DNA of 24,000 nucleotides from Rickettsiaceae bacterium (GTDB lineage Bacteria > Pseudomonadota > Alphaproteobacteria > Rickettsiales > Rickettsiaceae). The notes under the pieces were generated by a model. That model ran no database searches, had not been told where the DNA came from, and worked only from the letters and a program-made list of their open reading frames with translations. Where the stretch lies: positions 6,492-30,491 of the forward strand of contig JAYWHH010000004.1 in assembly GCA_043777815.1 (NCBI GenBank), read 5' to 3'. The translations under genes and the position numbers were made by a program. Of this stretch, positions 1 through 7,950 are shown piece after piece (positions within the stretch are counted from its first letter, which is position 1; every line of letters starts with the position of its first letter).

Positions 1-1442
1 GGAGTGGACTCAGTGCGTTATGTATGAGTTATGCTTTACAGCAAAGACTTACTCTATACACCAAAGAAAGCTTGAGTCCTTCTAAAGATATTAGGAATAT
101 CTCTCTTACTGAAGAAACAAAAATTTTCTTTAATCAAATAAATCTTTGGCAGAAGATAGAAACATATGTAACTAAGATCCAAGATGTTTATGTAATTGAT
201 AACCAAAAAGTGATACATTTAAAATCAGACAATACCAATACCAATACCAATACCAATACCAATACCAATACCAATACCAATACCAATACCAATACCAGCG
301 CGAGTAACTACCTCAATTTTTATAAATTGATTGTTGATGGCTTTATTTTAGAAAAAGGAATGCACTTAGGATACATGATAAAGTATTGCGACTTATACAA
401 TATTTTATTAACAAGCATCCTAGATGATTCTCGTATTAAAATAATAAATACTAATTATCAAGTGCTATATGACGATATAGATTCTAAATACTATATTAGC
501 TATTCAGAAAACAGACTTGAGACTAGAAATTATTCTAAATTTAGTGAGATGTTAATAAATACATCAAATGTCCAGAGGGAGATATTGAACAGTCAGGCCG
601 AAATATCAAACAATCAAGATGAAATGTCAAGCAGCCAAATTGAGAAATTGGAAAAATATTCTAAAGAAAATATAGTTACAGAAGCATCAGAGGTGTCAGA
701 GGATAATTCTAAAAGTGAATCAACTGCCAAAACTAATGAATATCCAGATTTAATTATCTGCGCTGAAGGTGGTAACTCTGAAATTAGACATACATACTTA
801 AACAAATATTCTTATCATGTTTTTCATGATCAAATTGCATTGGTGTTTGATATTGAGCATACTGAAAATCATGAAAATTCAGCCATAGAGCACTTTACTA
901 CGTCTGGTACTTTTGCAAGCTTGCCAACAAAAAATCAAAATGTATCTTCTATTGTATGGTGTTTAAAAAACGATTTAGCAAATATTTATTCGCCTGAAAG
1001 GATTCTTAGAGAAATTACAGATAAAATTGGACTTAGCTATGGAAACATCAAAATTTTAACTCCAATATATAAGCATTCACTAAAGACTCATGTAAACAAG
1101 AAGTATTTTGATAAGAATTTAGTCTTAATTGGTGACTCTGCACACACAATACATCCATTAGCAGGATTAGGATTTAATCAAACTGTTAAGGATATAAACA
1201 ATTTCTTATCACTTAAAAGCAAATCTTGCAATCAAGACAAAAATTATAACATAAAACTAAGTGACTACGAAAAAAATAGATATAAAGATAATTTAAAGTG
1301 CGCAGTAAAATTAAATATGATAGATCTTTTATTTAATTCTGAAAAACCTGGCTTAATGAAACTTAGGCACCTTGGATTTGAAATCACAAATCAACTAAAT
1401 AAGCTCTATAAAATAACATCAGGTTTTAATAAAAAAATTTGA
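1..1442 (+). CDS. FAD-dependent monooxygenase of the UbiH/UbiF/Coq6 family (ubiquinone ring hydroxylase type); 5' end lies upstream of the window
   Basis: The frame is open from base 3 (SGLSALC looks like the tail of the GxGxxG FAD loop), so the ATG at 24 is probably internal. Family motifs are present: DLIICAEGGNSEIR (ADGxxSxxR type) and LIGDSAHTIHPLAGLGFNQTVKD (GDAAHxxHPxxGQGxNxGxxD type). It also carries an (NT)11 tract and a ~60-aa Ser/Glu/Asn-rich insertion. Confidence 0.8.
   Translation, partial: SGLSALCMSYALQQRLTLYTKESLSPSKDIRNISLTEETKIFFNQINLWQKIETYVTKIQDVYVIDNQKVIHLKSDNTNTNTNTNTNTNTNTNTNTNTSASNYLNFYKLIVDGFILEKGMHLGYMIKYCDLYNILLTSILDDSRIKIINTNYQVLYDDIDSKYYISYSENRLETRNYSKFSEMLINTSNVQREILNSQAEISNNQDEMSSSQIEKLEKYSKENIVTEASEVSEDNSKSESTAKTNEYPDLIICAEGGNSEIRHTYLNKYSYHVFHDQIALVFDIEHTENHENSAIEHFTTSGTFASLPTKNQNVSSIVWCLKNDLANIYSPERILREITDKIGLSYGNIKILTPIYKHSLKTHVNKKYFDKNLVLIGDSAHTIHPLAGLGFNQTVKDINNFLSLKSKSCNQDKNYNIKLSDYEKNRYKDNLKCAVKLNMIDLLFNSEKPGLMKLRHLGFEITNQLNKLYKITSGFNKKI
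231..296. repeat. Perfect hexanucleotide microsatellite (AATACC)x11, in frame, encoding (Asn-Thr)11
   Basis: Counted directly: eleven uninterrupted AATACC units from 231 to 296 inside the ubiH-like ORF. Confidence 0.97.
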
Positions 1443-1450
1443 TTGAGAAG

Positions 1451-1690
1451 ATTGGGGCGCCTAAGACATCATTCTGTCCAACGGCTTCAAATACTCCTAT
1501 TCAAAACTTCTTCTCTAAGTTTGTCTAAAGCTTCAAATCCTCCAAGTTTTTCAAAGTATTCAAATCTTTATTGGGGCGCCTTAGACATCATTCTGTCCAA
1601 CGGCTTCAAATCTTTATTGAGGTGCCTCAAATTGAGGAGAATAGGGTGTAATTTTGTCTAAAGCTTCAAATCCTCCAAGTTTTTCAAAAT
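1451..1690. repeat. Imperfect tandem duplication (~120-130 bp period) of the 3' end of the minus-strand GH3 gene
   Basis: attggggcgcct(a/t)agacatcattctgtccaacggcttcaaat occurs at 1451 and 1569. ttgtctaaagcttcaaatcctccaagtttttcaaa occurs at 1521 and 1654. The proximal copy encodes the real C-terminus (FEKLGGFEALDK...). The distal copy is a decayed pseudo-tail (YFEKLGGFEALDKLREEV..., FEAVGQNDVLGAPI). Confidence 0.9.
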
Positions 1691-2861
1691 CTTCAATGCT
1701 ATGATGTATAAGAATCATTGAATTTCGATTTAAATCTTTATATAAACCCTCTGCAATCTCTTTTACTATCAGTATCTTGTCATGTTTATCCTTTAAGTGC
1801 TTTGTAATAGGCATATTAAAAACATCCATAGTTATTATGGTAGTGCTTTTAGGAACTTTAGTAGTTTCAAACAGCATATTTAATATTTTAGGTGATAGAA
1901 GTAAAGGTTTTATCGGCAAATCTTCAGTAATATTGCTAAGCGTGATATTTGCCAACATCATATAATCAACATCAGTATATTCTTCAAATATTAATTTAAA
2001 AACCAATCCTTCGGTAGCCATCAAGTCCTCCATGCTGCCATGGTAATTTAAAATTACTTGATTAGGATCATTGACCCTATTGTTCACATCTCTAGCTTGG
2101 CCCTGGCCTACAAAATGACGTAAGCAGTTTTTTAATCCACTATTTTTAATTCCTTTTAAAGCAGCAATACAAAATTTGGATATTAAGTGAGGATCAGATC
2201 CAAATGATCTAGACTGTATAAGGCCTACATTACCATCATAAAAATCAGCTACTGGAGCAAGAATCACATCTGCGCCATATTTTTTGATGTTTCTACTCAT
2301 TACCTCATAGTTAATTTCAATCAAAGTAGATGTAATCAATATGGCTTTTTCATTTTCGCCTGCAGGTTTATTGGGATCTGGTTCAGATAAATGACTTTCT
2401 ATTAAAGCTTTAATATCAATATGCGCCTTCATAGTTTCCGACATTCTAAAGAAAATATATATCTCATCTCTTAACAATTCAATCAGATCATCTTGTATTC
2501 TAGAATAGAGATATGTACGTAATTTTTCATAAAACAACTTGAAAGCTAAACTAGAAGGAAATAGCACTGGCGCTAATGGAATTCTAATTTTTTGTATCAC
2601 GCCTCCCTCTGCCTCTATCATTAATAATGATTTTGGTGAGATTGCTTTAATTTGACTTGTTAATGCTAAAAATTTCTCTTCTGTTTCTGTTGAATCATCT
2701 CCTATTATATTTGCATATGCAATATTATGAGATCCTAACAAAATATTCACTGGTTTTCCTATGTCCGCTCTTTTTTTAAGTGTCGCTATAACCTTAGTGC
2801 TCAAAGTAAAATCACTGATTTTAAGAATAAACTCTTGTGTGTGTATATTAAATGATGCCAT
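1614..2861 (-). CDS. Glycoside hydrolase family 3, NagZ-like (beta-N-acetylhexosaminidase-like) protein with divergent catalytic motifs
   Basis: Colinear with NagZ blocks: LLMIEAEGGVIQK (cf. IAVDQEGGRVQR), GADVILAPVADF...SRSFGSDPHLIS (cf. FAPVLD...RSFGSDP), RHFVGQGQARDVN (cf. KHFPGHG..DSH), ITMDVFNM (cf. FSDDLSM). Confidence 0.65.
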   Translation of the reverse strand: MASFNIHTQEFILKISDFTLSTKVIATLKKRADIGKPVNILLGSHNIAYANIIGDDSTETEEKFLALTSQIKAISPKSLLMIEAEGGVIQKIRIPLAPVLFPSSLAFKLFYEKLRTYLYSRIQDDLIELLRDEIYIFFRMSETMKAHIDIKALIESHLSEPDPNKPAGENEKAILITSTLIEINYEVMSRNIKKYGADVILAPVADFYDGNVGLIQSRSFGSDPHLISKFCIAALKGIKNSGLKNCLRHFVGQGQARDVNNRVNDPNQVILNYHGSMEDLMATEGLVFKLIFEEYTDVDYMMLANITLSNITEDLPIKPLLLSPKILNMLFETTKVPKSTTIITMDVFNMPITKHLKDKHDKILIVKEIAEGLYKDLNRNSMILIHHSIEDFEKLGGFEALDKITPYSPQFEAPQ

Positions 2862-2971
2862 ATATATAATTATTAGTTTAATTATTATATATGATATAAG
2901 TCCTATGTTGTTTTCAATTACACCGTACTTAGGAACTTAAGCCTTTGGTCAAAAAGCTAAAAATCAGAAAG

Positions 2972-3583
2972 CTAAAAATTTAATTTAGAATCAAGAATTT
3001 GCTTTATGTTCAAATATACTTCAGTTATTGATTTAGATGCATCCACAACGTTAATTACAGGCTCATAGTATTCTATCAAGCTTTTCGTGAATTCTTCAAA
3101 TTCTCTTAATCTATTGTGGATAGTTGATATGCTATCATCTTCTCTTTGACTTATATCTACACTTCCACATTTAACACATTTAGTACTTTGTGAAAGAATT
3201 TCTTTACATTGATTACAGTATGCCCTTACCTTCAATCTCTTGATTATGGTTTCGTTATCAAGCTTTAGATAAATAACTAAAATTTCATAATTTAGCTTTA
3301 AATGTTCGGCTTGATCTAATTTTCTTGGATATCCATCGAGTAAGATTATATCTTCTTGTATTTTATTTAACTCCAAATCTACTAGACTATTAACATAATT
3401 AGAGTCTAATAATTGACCTGAAGCTAAAATTGCTTTCATTTTAGGATCTTCATTCATGACCTCTCTTAACTTGTCTCCTACGCACAAATATCCAAAATCA
3501 TAATCATGTAAGATATTGGATGATTGTGTACCTTTTCCTGATCCAGGAGCGCCAAGTAACGATACAATTAATTTTTTATTCAT
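2972..3583 (-). CDS. adk: Adenylate kinase (long form with a four-Cys zinc lid)
   Basis: P-loop LLGAPGSGKGTQ; GYPR motif (LLDGYPRKLDQA); lid CNQC...CVKC. The likely true start is the ATG at 3583 (MNKKLIVSLLGAPG). The ORF-track start at 3625 adds 14 non-conserved residues. Confidence 0.9.
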   Translation of the reverse strand: MNKKLIVSLLGAPGSGKGTQSSNILHDYDFGYLCVGDKLREVMNEDPKMKAILASGQLLDSNYVNSLVDLELNKIQEDIILLDGYPRKLDQAEHLKLNYEILVIYLKLDNETIIKRLKVRAYCNQCKEILSQSTKCVKCGSVDISQREDDSISTIHNRLREFEEFTKSLIEYYEPVINVVDASKSITEVYLNIKQILDSKLNF

Positions 3584-3755
3584 ATACTTTATAAAATAGA
3601 GTTTCAAACAAACAATGCTAACCAAAAAATTTGGCTGAGTATTGAATAGCAGCTAATAATTCTCTTAATTAATCAGGATTTAAAAGATGTAATCTGAATA
3701 GTCATTATACAAGTTTATTGCGCAGTCAGAAGCTGGCTAAGTATAATTTGAGAAT

Positions 3756-4418
3756 CTAACTATAATCAATTATAGTATTTTTTCTCAAGATTTGGATATT
3801 GGTAATATCTGTAAAAATGGTTTCACCAAAAATAGTAAAGTTTAATATACAGTTTTCAGAAGAAAATTCTGGATTTTTTAAATAGGTTTTCAAAACACCT
3901 CTTATAACATATAATATTCCAACTAAGTGATGAATTAAAAAACTTTCTTTGGAAATGAATACTAAATGATAAACCGTTTTTTTTATATAAAACTTAAAAG
4001 GGAGTAAATTTATTTTCCTGGCAGTACTAAATATCTCATAAATAGCAGCGATATTATTATCGTGTATAACTTGCTTTTGTTCACCTATAGTGAACTTTAT
4101 CTCTATTTCCACAACGCTTTTATCCAAATCAAGATAAGTTTCAGACTTTAATAAAAGATTGTTAAAAATATCATTATTGTTTGATTTTGAGGCATTATTT
4201 AAGCCTAAGTTAATCTTAGAAGGCTCTATGTGGATATGAGGGCCTAGCTCAATAATCGATATAGTTCTAAAAATTCTAAAAGGATCTTCAAAAGCTAAAA
4301 ATTTTTTGTTATTTAGATCTTTAACATAATTTGCCAAATCATAATTGTGATAATGGGTAATCTCTTGATCATTTTCAGTTATAGTAATGAATTGGAGCAT
4401 CTGAAACATAATAAACAC
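3756..4418 (-). CDS. Hypothetical protein (220 aa), no recognisable family
   Basis: Long intact ORF co-oriented with its neighbours. No TM segment, signal peptide or known motif recognised by eye. Confidence 0.5.
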   Translation of the reverse strand: MFIMFQMLQFITITENDQEITHYHNYDLANYVKDLNNKKFLAFEDPFRIFRTISIIELGPHIHIEPSKINLGLNNASKSNNNDIFNNLLLKSETYLDLDKSVVEIEIKFTIGEQKQVIHDNNIAAIYEIFSTARKINLLPFKFYIKKTVYHLVFISKESFLIHHLVGILYVIRGVLKTYLKNPEFSSENCILNFTIFGETIFTDITNIQILRKNTIIDYS

Positions 4419-4564
4419 ATCAATATATTATCAATATATACTTCAAATTCAAGCAAAAACAATTCTTAGGTTGCCTTGATTCATAATTAGGAAATTCTAC
4501 TTTTCGAATATTTTATTAAAATCCATGTCTATAAAAAACATGCTTTTTACATATCTCCCTAATC

Positions 4565-5251
4565 TTAAAAATTAAATCCATGTCTAATGATAGGCAATAT
4601 ATCTTTTACAGGTCCATCTAATTTTATCTTACCATTATCAATCACTATTATTCTGTCACAAAGTTCCTCTACTTCATGGAATTGATGAGTAGACAAAATA
4701 ATATTTCTTCCGGTCGATTTAATAGCTTTCAAGTGGTTCATAATTAATCGAGATAAGTTCACATCTACCGCAGCAGTAGGCTCATCTAAAATAAGTACTT
4801 GTGGATTGTGCAGCATAGCTTTAGCGAGGCAAAATCTTCTTTTCATGCCACCAGATAATGACTTAGTATTGTGTTTTAAATTAGGAAGTAGGCCAACTTT
4901 ATCTAACAATTCCCAAATCTGCTCCGGAGTTATTTCTATTCCATAGCTCCAAGCCCAAACTTTCAAATACTGTTCTAAATTTAAGAATACGTTTAAAAAT
5001 GGCTCTTGAGGCATAAATCCTAAGTAATGTTTAGCGCCTTTATCTAAATCAAGTCCACAAACCTTAATACAGCCTTCAGTTTTTTTTATAATTGAGCCAA
5101 TTATATTAAGCAAAGTTGACTTCCCTGCTCCATTTTTGCCTAAAATTGCCACAGCTTGTCCATATGGTAATTCGAAAGATATATGATCTATCCCAACATT
5201 ATAAGGATCTTGATAAATTTTAGACAAATTTGAAATTGATAAAGCGGACAT
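4565..5251 (-). CDS. ABC transporter ATP-binding protein (ABC-2/DrrA-NatA-like ATPase)
   Basis: Walker A GKNGAGKST, signature LSGGMKRR, Walker B VLILDEPTAAVD, H-loop STHQ. Its start lies 5 bp downstream of the stop of the preceding gene, so the two are probably co-transcribed. Confidence 0.88.
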   Translation of the reverse strand: MSALSISNLSKIYQDPYNVGIDHISFELPYGQAVAILGKNGAGKSTLLNIIGSIIKKTEGCIKVCGLDLDKGAKHYLGFMPQEPFLNVFLNLEQYLKVWAWSYGIEITPEQIWELLDKVGLLPNLKHNTKSLSGGMKRRFCLAKAMLHNPQVLILDEPTAAVDVNLSRLIMNHLKAIKSTGRNIILSTHQFHEVEELCDRIIVIDNGKIKLDGPVKDILPIIRHGFNF

Positions 5252-5256
5252 AAATT

Positions 5257-6081
5257 TTATTTACCGAAAAAAGTTAAGAGGTTGGTATTATGAATTTTGT
5301 TTTTTTCAGCAATTAAATCTAAAATTAACATCTGATTAATTGACATTTGATTTTTAGATTTTGTCTGATCAAAGAACTTTTTAACTTTAACATAAAAATT
5401 AAAAAACTCTTCTATGTTAATTTTTTTTAGCCAAATACCTTTTAATAAAATTAAGTTGGACACTTCATCAAATCCACGCGAAACATTCCCACGCGAAACA
5501 TTATCTAGTTTAACGTCTAATTTTGTATCAATAATTTGTCCAATTTCGGTGAAATATTTAAGCGCGTAATCATGAGTGAAATTTCTAGGTTGATCTAGTA
5601 TCAATTTTCCTAAGTAATCTAAAGCTAATTCGGATACAAAACGATTCGAACTGGATTTTAAATCTTCAAGTATATCAATCACATTTAATCTAAACTCAGG
5701 ATCTATTTTATTTGCAAACTGAGCTTTGACTCTATTAACGTCATTTGCAAACTGAGTTGTGTTGATGTTGTTGATATCAACATCAGATGAATCATCTAAC
5801 GTTTCTGCGGACTTAGTAATGAAATTAGAGATAAATTTAAACTTTGCTATGTAGTTTATTTTGGAATCATTTTTTAATTTATCCAGTTCAACTGAATTAT
5901 TCAAAATATCAATTGTAATTTTTCGATTATAATGATAAGTTTGTTGATAAAAGTACCCAGTAATACTAAAGTAGCTTACTAAGCCTATTCCCAAAATGAT
6001 AGATGTATATAAAATTTTTCTAAAGATTTTTATATTTCTCTCAAATTTTTCATCTGAAATAGCCTCTTCTAGAAGATTCAT
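5257..6081 (-). CDS. Membrane-anchored hypothetical protein (single N-terminal TM); possibly YfgM/DUF2659-like by topology
   Basis: An N-terminal charged segment is followed by the hydrophobic helix ILYTSIILGIGLVSYFSITGYFY and a long soluble domain. It contains an in-frame 15-bp x2 duplication at 5474-5503 (NVSRGNVSRG). The family call is weak. Confidence 0.45.
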   Translation of the reverse strand: MNLLEEAISDEKFERNIKIFRKILYTSIILGIGLVSYFSITGYFYQQTYHYNRKITIDILNNSVELDKLKNDSKINYIAKFKFISNFITKSAETLDDSSDVDINNINTTQFANDVNRVKAQFANKIDPEFRLNVIDILEDLKSSSNRFVSELALDYLGKLILDQPRNFTHDYALKYFTEIGQIIDTKLDVKLDNVSRGNVSRGFDEVSNLILLKGIWLKKINIEEFFNFYVKVKKFFDQTKSKNQMSINQMLILDLIAEKNKIHNTNLLTFFGK

Positions 6082-6161
6082 AAATTAAGGTCTAGTTTTA
6101 GCCATTCTAGCATAATTTTATTCAAAAAATTTCTAAGTTGACAATAAACAAAGCATATCTT

Positions 6162-6440
6162 TTAAGCTGAAACAAATTTATTTTTAAATAACTTGTGAAT
6201 TTGACTAATTTTTCTTGAAGCATTGTTAGGTTTCAATATATTTTTATTTACAGATCTATGTAACATAGACTGACATTTTTGTAGCAATTCAAAAGCTTCA
6301 GAATTAGTAGAATTTTGTTGTGTTAAGCAGTTTTTAAACTTTTTTATGTAAGTTTTAAATTCACTTGCTCTGGACACATTGATAAGTCTTCTTCTTTGAT
6401 TTTGTCTAGCTGCTTTTTCTGCAGATTTAGTGTTAGCCAT
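6162..6440 (-). CDS. rpsT: 30S ribosomal protein S20
   Basis: MANTKSAEKAARQNQRRRLINVSRASEFKTYIKK is a typical S20 N-terminus; the size (92 aa) fits. Confidence 0.93.
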   Translation of the reverse strand: MANTKSAEKAARQNQRRRLINVSRASEFKTYIKKFKNCLTQQNSTNSEAFELLQKCQSMLHRSVNKNILKPNNASRKISQIHKLFKNKFVSA

Positions 6441-6523
6441 ATTGTCTAATTTAGGTTAATAAACTAAATTATATCACAAAAAATTATATTAGAAACTTCC
6501 CATAATTATGTTGTAAGTAGAAA

Positions 6524-7063
6524 CTAATTTATATAACCCTCTAACAAATCTTTAAGTTTTCCTGATTTGTGCATTTCGATTATAATATCGCACCCACCAA
6601 TAAAATTTCCATCAACATATAATTGTGGTACAGTAGGCCAGTTACTAAAAACTTTAACGCCTGATCTTACTTGCTCGCTATCTAAAATGTTAATTCCTAC
6701 AAATGGAACCTTTAAACGCTCTAATAAATCAACTACTCTAGAAGAAAATCCACAAGCTGGGAAATCATTATCACCTTTCATAAAAAGAACAATGTTGTAC
6801 GTACTAACTAAATTTTTAATTGCTTCTTGAACTTTTTCAACGTTCAATTTTGATAAAGATTCAATAAATACCTGACTTATTTGATTCAATTGAATATTGC
6901 TCAGCTTCATGAATTCTTCTTTGGATAAAGCCTTATCATGCATAATTCCATTTTTCTTGGTATCTTGAACGCGAGTTTCAATAACAGTAGTTTGATTATG
7001 TTTATCAATAATATTGGCGCTTAGATTATGAATATCAGGTGCGATGTCTGTCATTTTGATCAT
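6524..7063 (-). CDS. grxD: Monothiol glutaredoxin (Grx4/GrxD family) with a long N-terminal extension or a mis-called start
   Basis: CGFS active site (FPACGFSSRVV); VLFMKG, WPTVPQLYV and GGCDI blocks. About 70 aa precede the canonical domain. Internal Met codons (MHDKAL, MKLSN) are alternative starts. Confidence 0.85.
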   Translation of the reverse strand: MIKMTDIAPDIHNLSANIIDKHNQTTVIETRVQDTKKNGIMHDKALSKEEFMKLSNIQLNQISQVFIESLSKLNVEKVQEAIKNLVSTYNIVLFMKGDNDFPACGFSSRVVDLLERLKVPFVGINILDSEQVRSGVKVFSNWPTVPQLYVDGNFIGGCDIIIEMHKSGKLKDLLEGYIN

Positions 7064-7154
7064 ATTTAACTATTTTTAGAATATACCATAAAACTAATTT
7101 GAAATCCAACATGGAGAGATTTGAAATCATTTTAGCTATGAATGATAACAATAA

Positions 7155-7250
7155 ATACAAAATTAACTTTTATATCATGATATCTTTTACACCATCAAAA
7201 TACAAAATTAACTTTTATATCGTGATATCCTTTACGTCACCTTTCAAAAT
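7155..7250. repeat. 45-bp tandem duplication spanning the stop codon of the hscB-like gene
   Basis: atacaaaattaacttttatatc(a/g)tgatatc(t/c)tttac(a/g) occurs at 7155 and 7200. The proximal copy encodes GDVKDITI-stop. The distal copy would encode DGVKDIMI-stop. Confidence 0.92.
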
Positions 7251-7853
7251 ATTTGCAACAAATCTTAGTTTAGCCAACGCCTCAGCTGATCCAATTAGGT
7301 TAAGATTCCTAATTGCTTCGTAGCCCTCATACAGATATTGTCTATAATCCGACTTACACTTTAGTAAAATTTCTTTAGCTTCGATAAACTCTGGAGCTTC
7401 CGCAGACTCTGGATCAATGAAAGATTCATCTAATATATCTTCATCAAAATTATCAAGATTTATCTTTGATCGCAACAATTTTAGAATTCTATCAGGAGTA
7501 GTATTAAGTATTTGATTGTCTTCAAAGCATCGTGTTAAAAATTCTAAATTTAAACTTACGTTACTCAGGTCCAGATTTGTTTTTTTAGCCAATTGATCTA
7601 AATAATACTCTAGTCTCAATATATCATCATTAAGGATCTTATATCCCTGATGCGCATCGTTCGCCTCTGTTTCATCATTCAATAAATTAAAATATTTATC
7701 TTCTAGCGCCTCTAAACATATTTCTGGGGATGATTTTTCAAATAGTTTTTCAAACTGTCTTGATAGATTTAAAACTTGATATCCTTTAAGTTTAAGAGGC
7801 CTCATGTATTGTTCTGGATCAACTCCAAATAATTCAAAATAGTTCATATACAA
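7215..7853 (-). CDS. hscB: HscB-like Fe-S cluster co-chaperone with a degenerate J-domain (no HPD motif)
   Basis: NYFELFGV start (cf. DYFTLFGL), AHQGYKILNDDILRLEYYL (cf. INQAWQTLRHPLMRAEYLL) and C-terminal ALAKLRFVANIL (cf. CRKLRFLDKL). There is no HPD tripeptide anywhere in the protein. It is adjacent to grxD. Confidence 0.6.
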   Translation of the reverse strand: MYMNYFELFGVDPEQYMRPLKLKGYQVLNLSRQFEKLFEKSSPEICLEALEDKYFNLLNDETEANDAHQGYKILNDDILRLEYYLDQLAKKTNLDLSNVSLNLEFLTRCFEDNQILNTTPDRILKLLRSKINLDNFDEDILDESFIDPESAEAPEFIEAKEILLKCKSDYRQYLYEGYEAIRNLNLIGSAEALAKLRFVANILKGDVKDITI

Positions 7854-7950
7854 TTTTAGATTGTTAATAATTTATTCTATCTCAAGTAATGGTATTGGAT
7901 TCTCCATAATTTGCAATTTCAACTAGAATTATTAATAAAAAAAATAATAG

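Noticed and set aside
1443-1661. 72-aa plus-strand ORF in the convergent spacer
   Set aside because: It is composed entirely of the antisense of duplicated GH3 gene-tail sequence and overlaps the real minus-strand gene end. It has no independent coding signal.
2972-3625. Extended N-termini of adk (start 3625) and sodB (start 22603) from the ORF track
   Set aside because: Conserved family N-termini begin at internal ATGs (3583 and 22651). The sodB ATG has an AAGGAG RBS 6 nt upstream, and the upstream extensions are non-conserved.
6441-6531. Possible tail duplication at the grxD 3' end (ctaattta at 6446 and 6524)
   Set aside because: Only an 8-nt AT-rich match is present, which is indistinguishable from chance in this composition.
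7099-7323. 74-aa plus-strand ORF
   Set aside because: It reads through the antisense of the duplicated hscB-like tail and overlaps that gene by ~110 bp. It is a repeat artefact.
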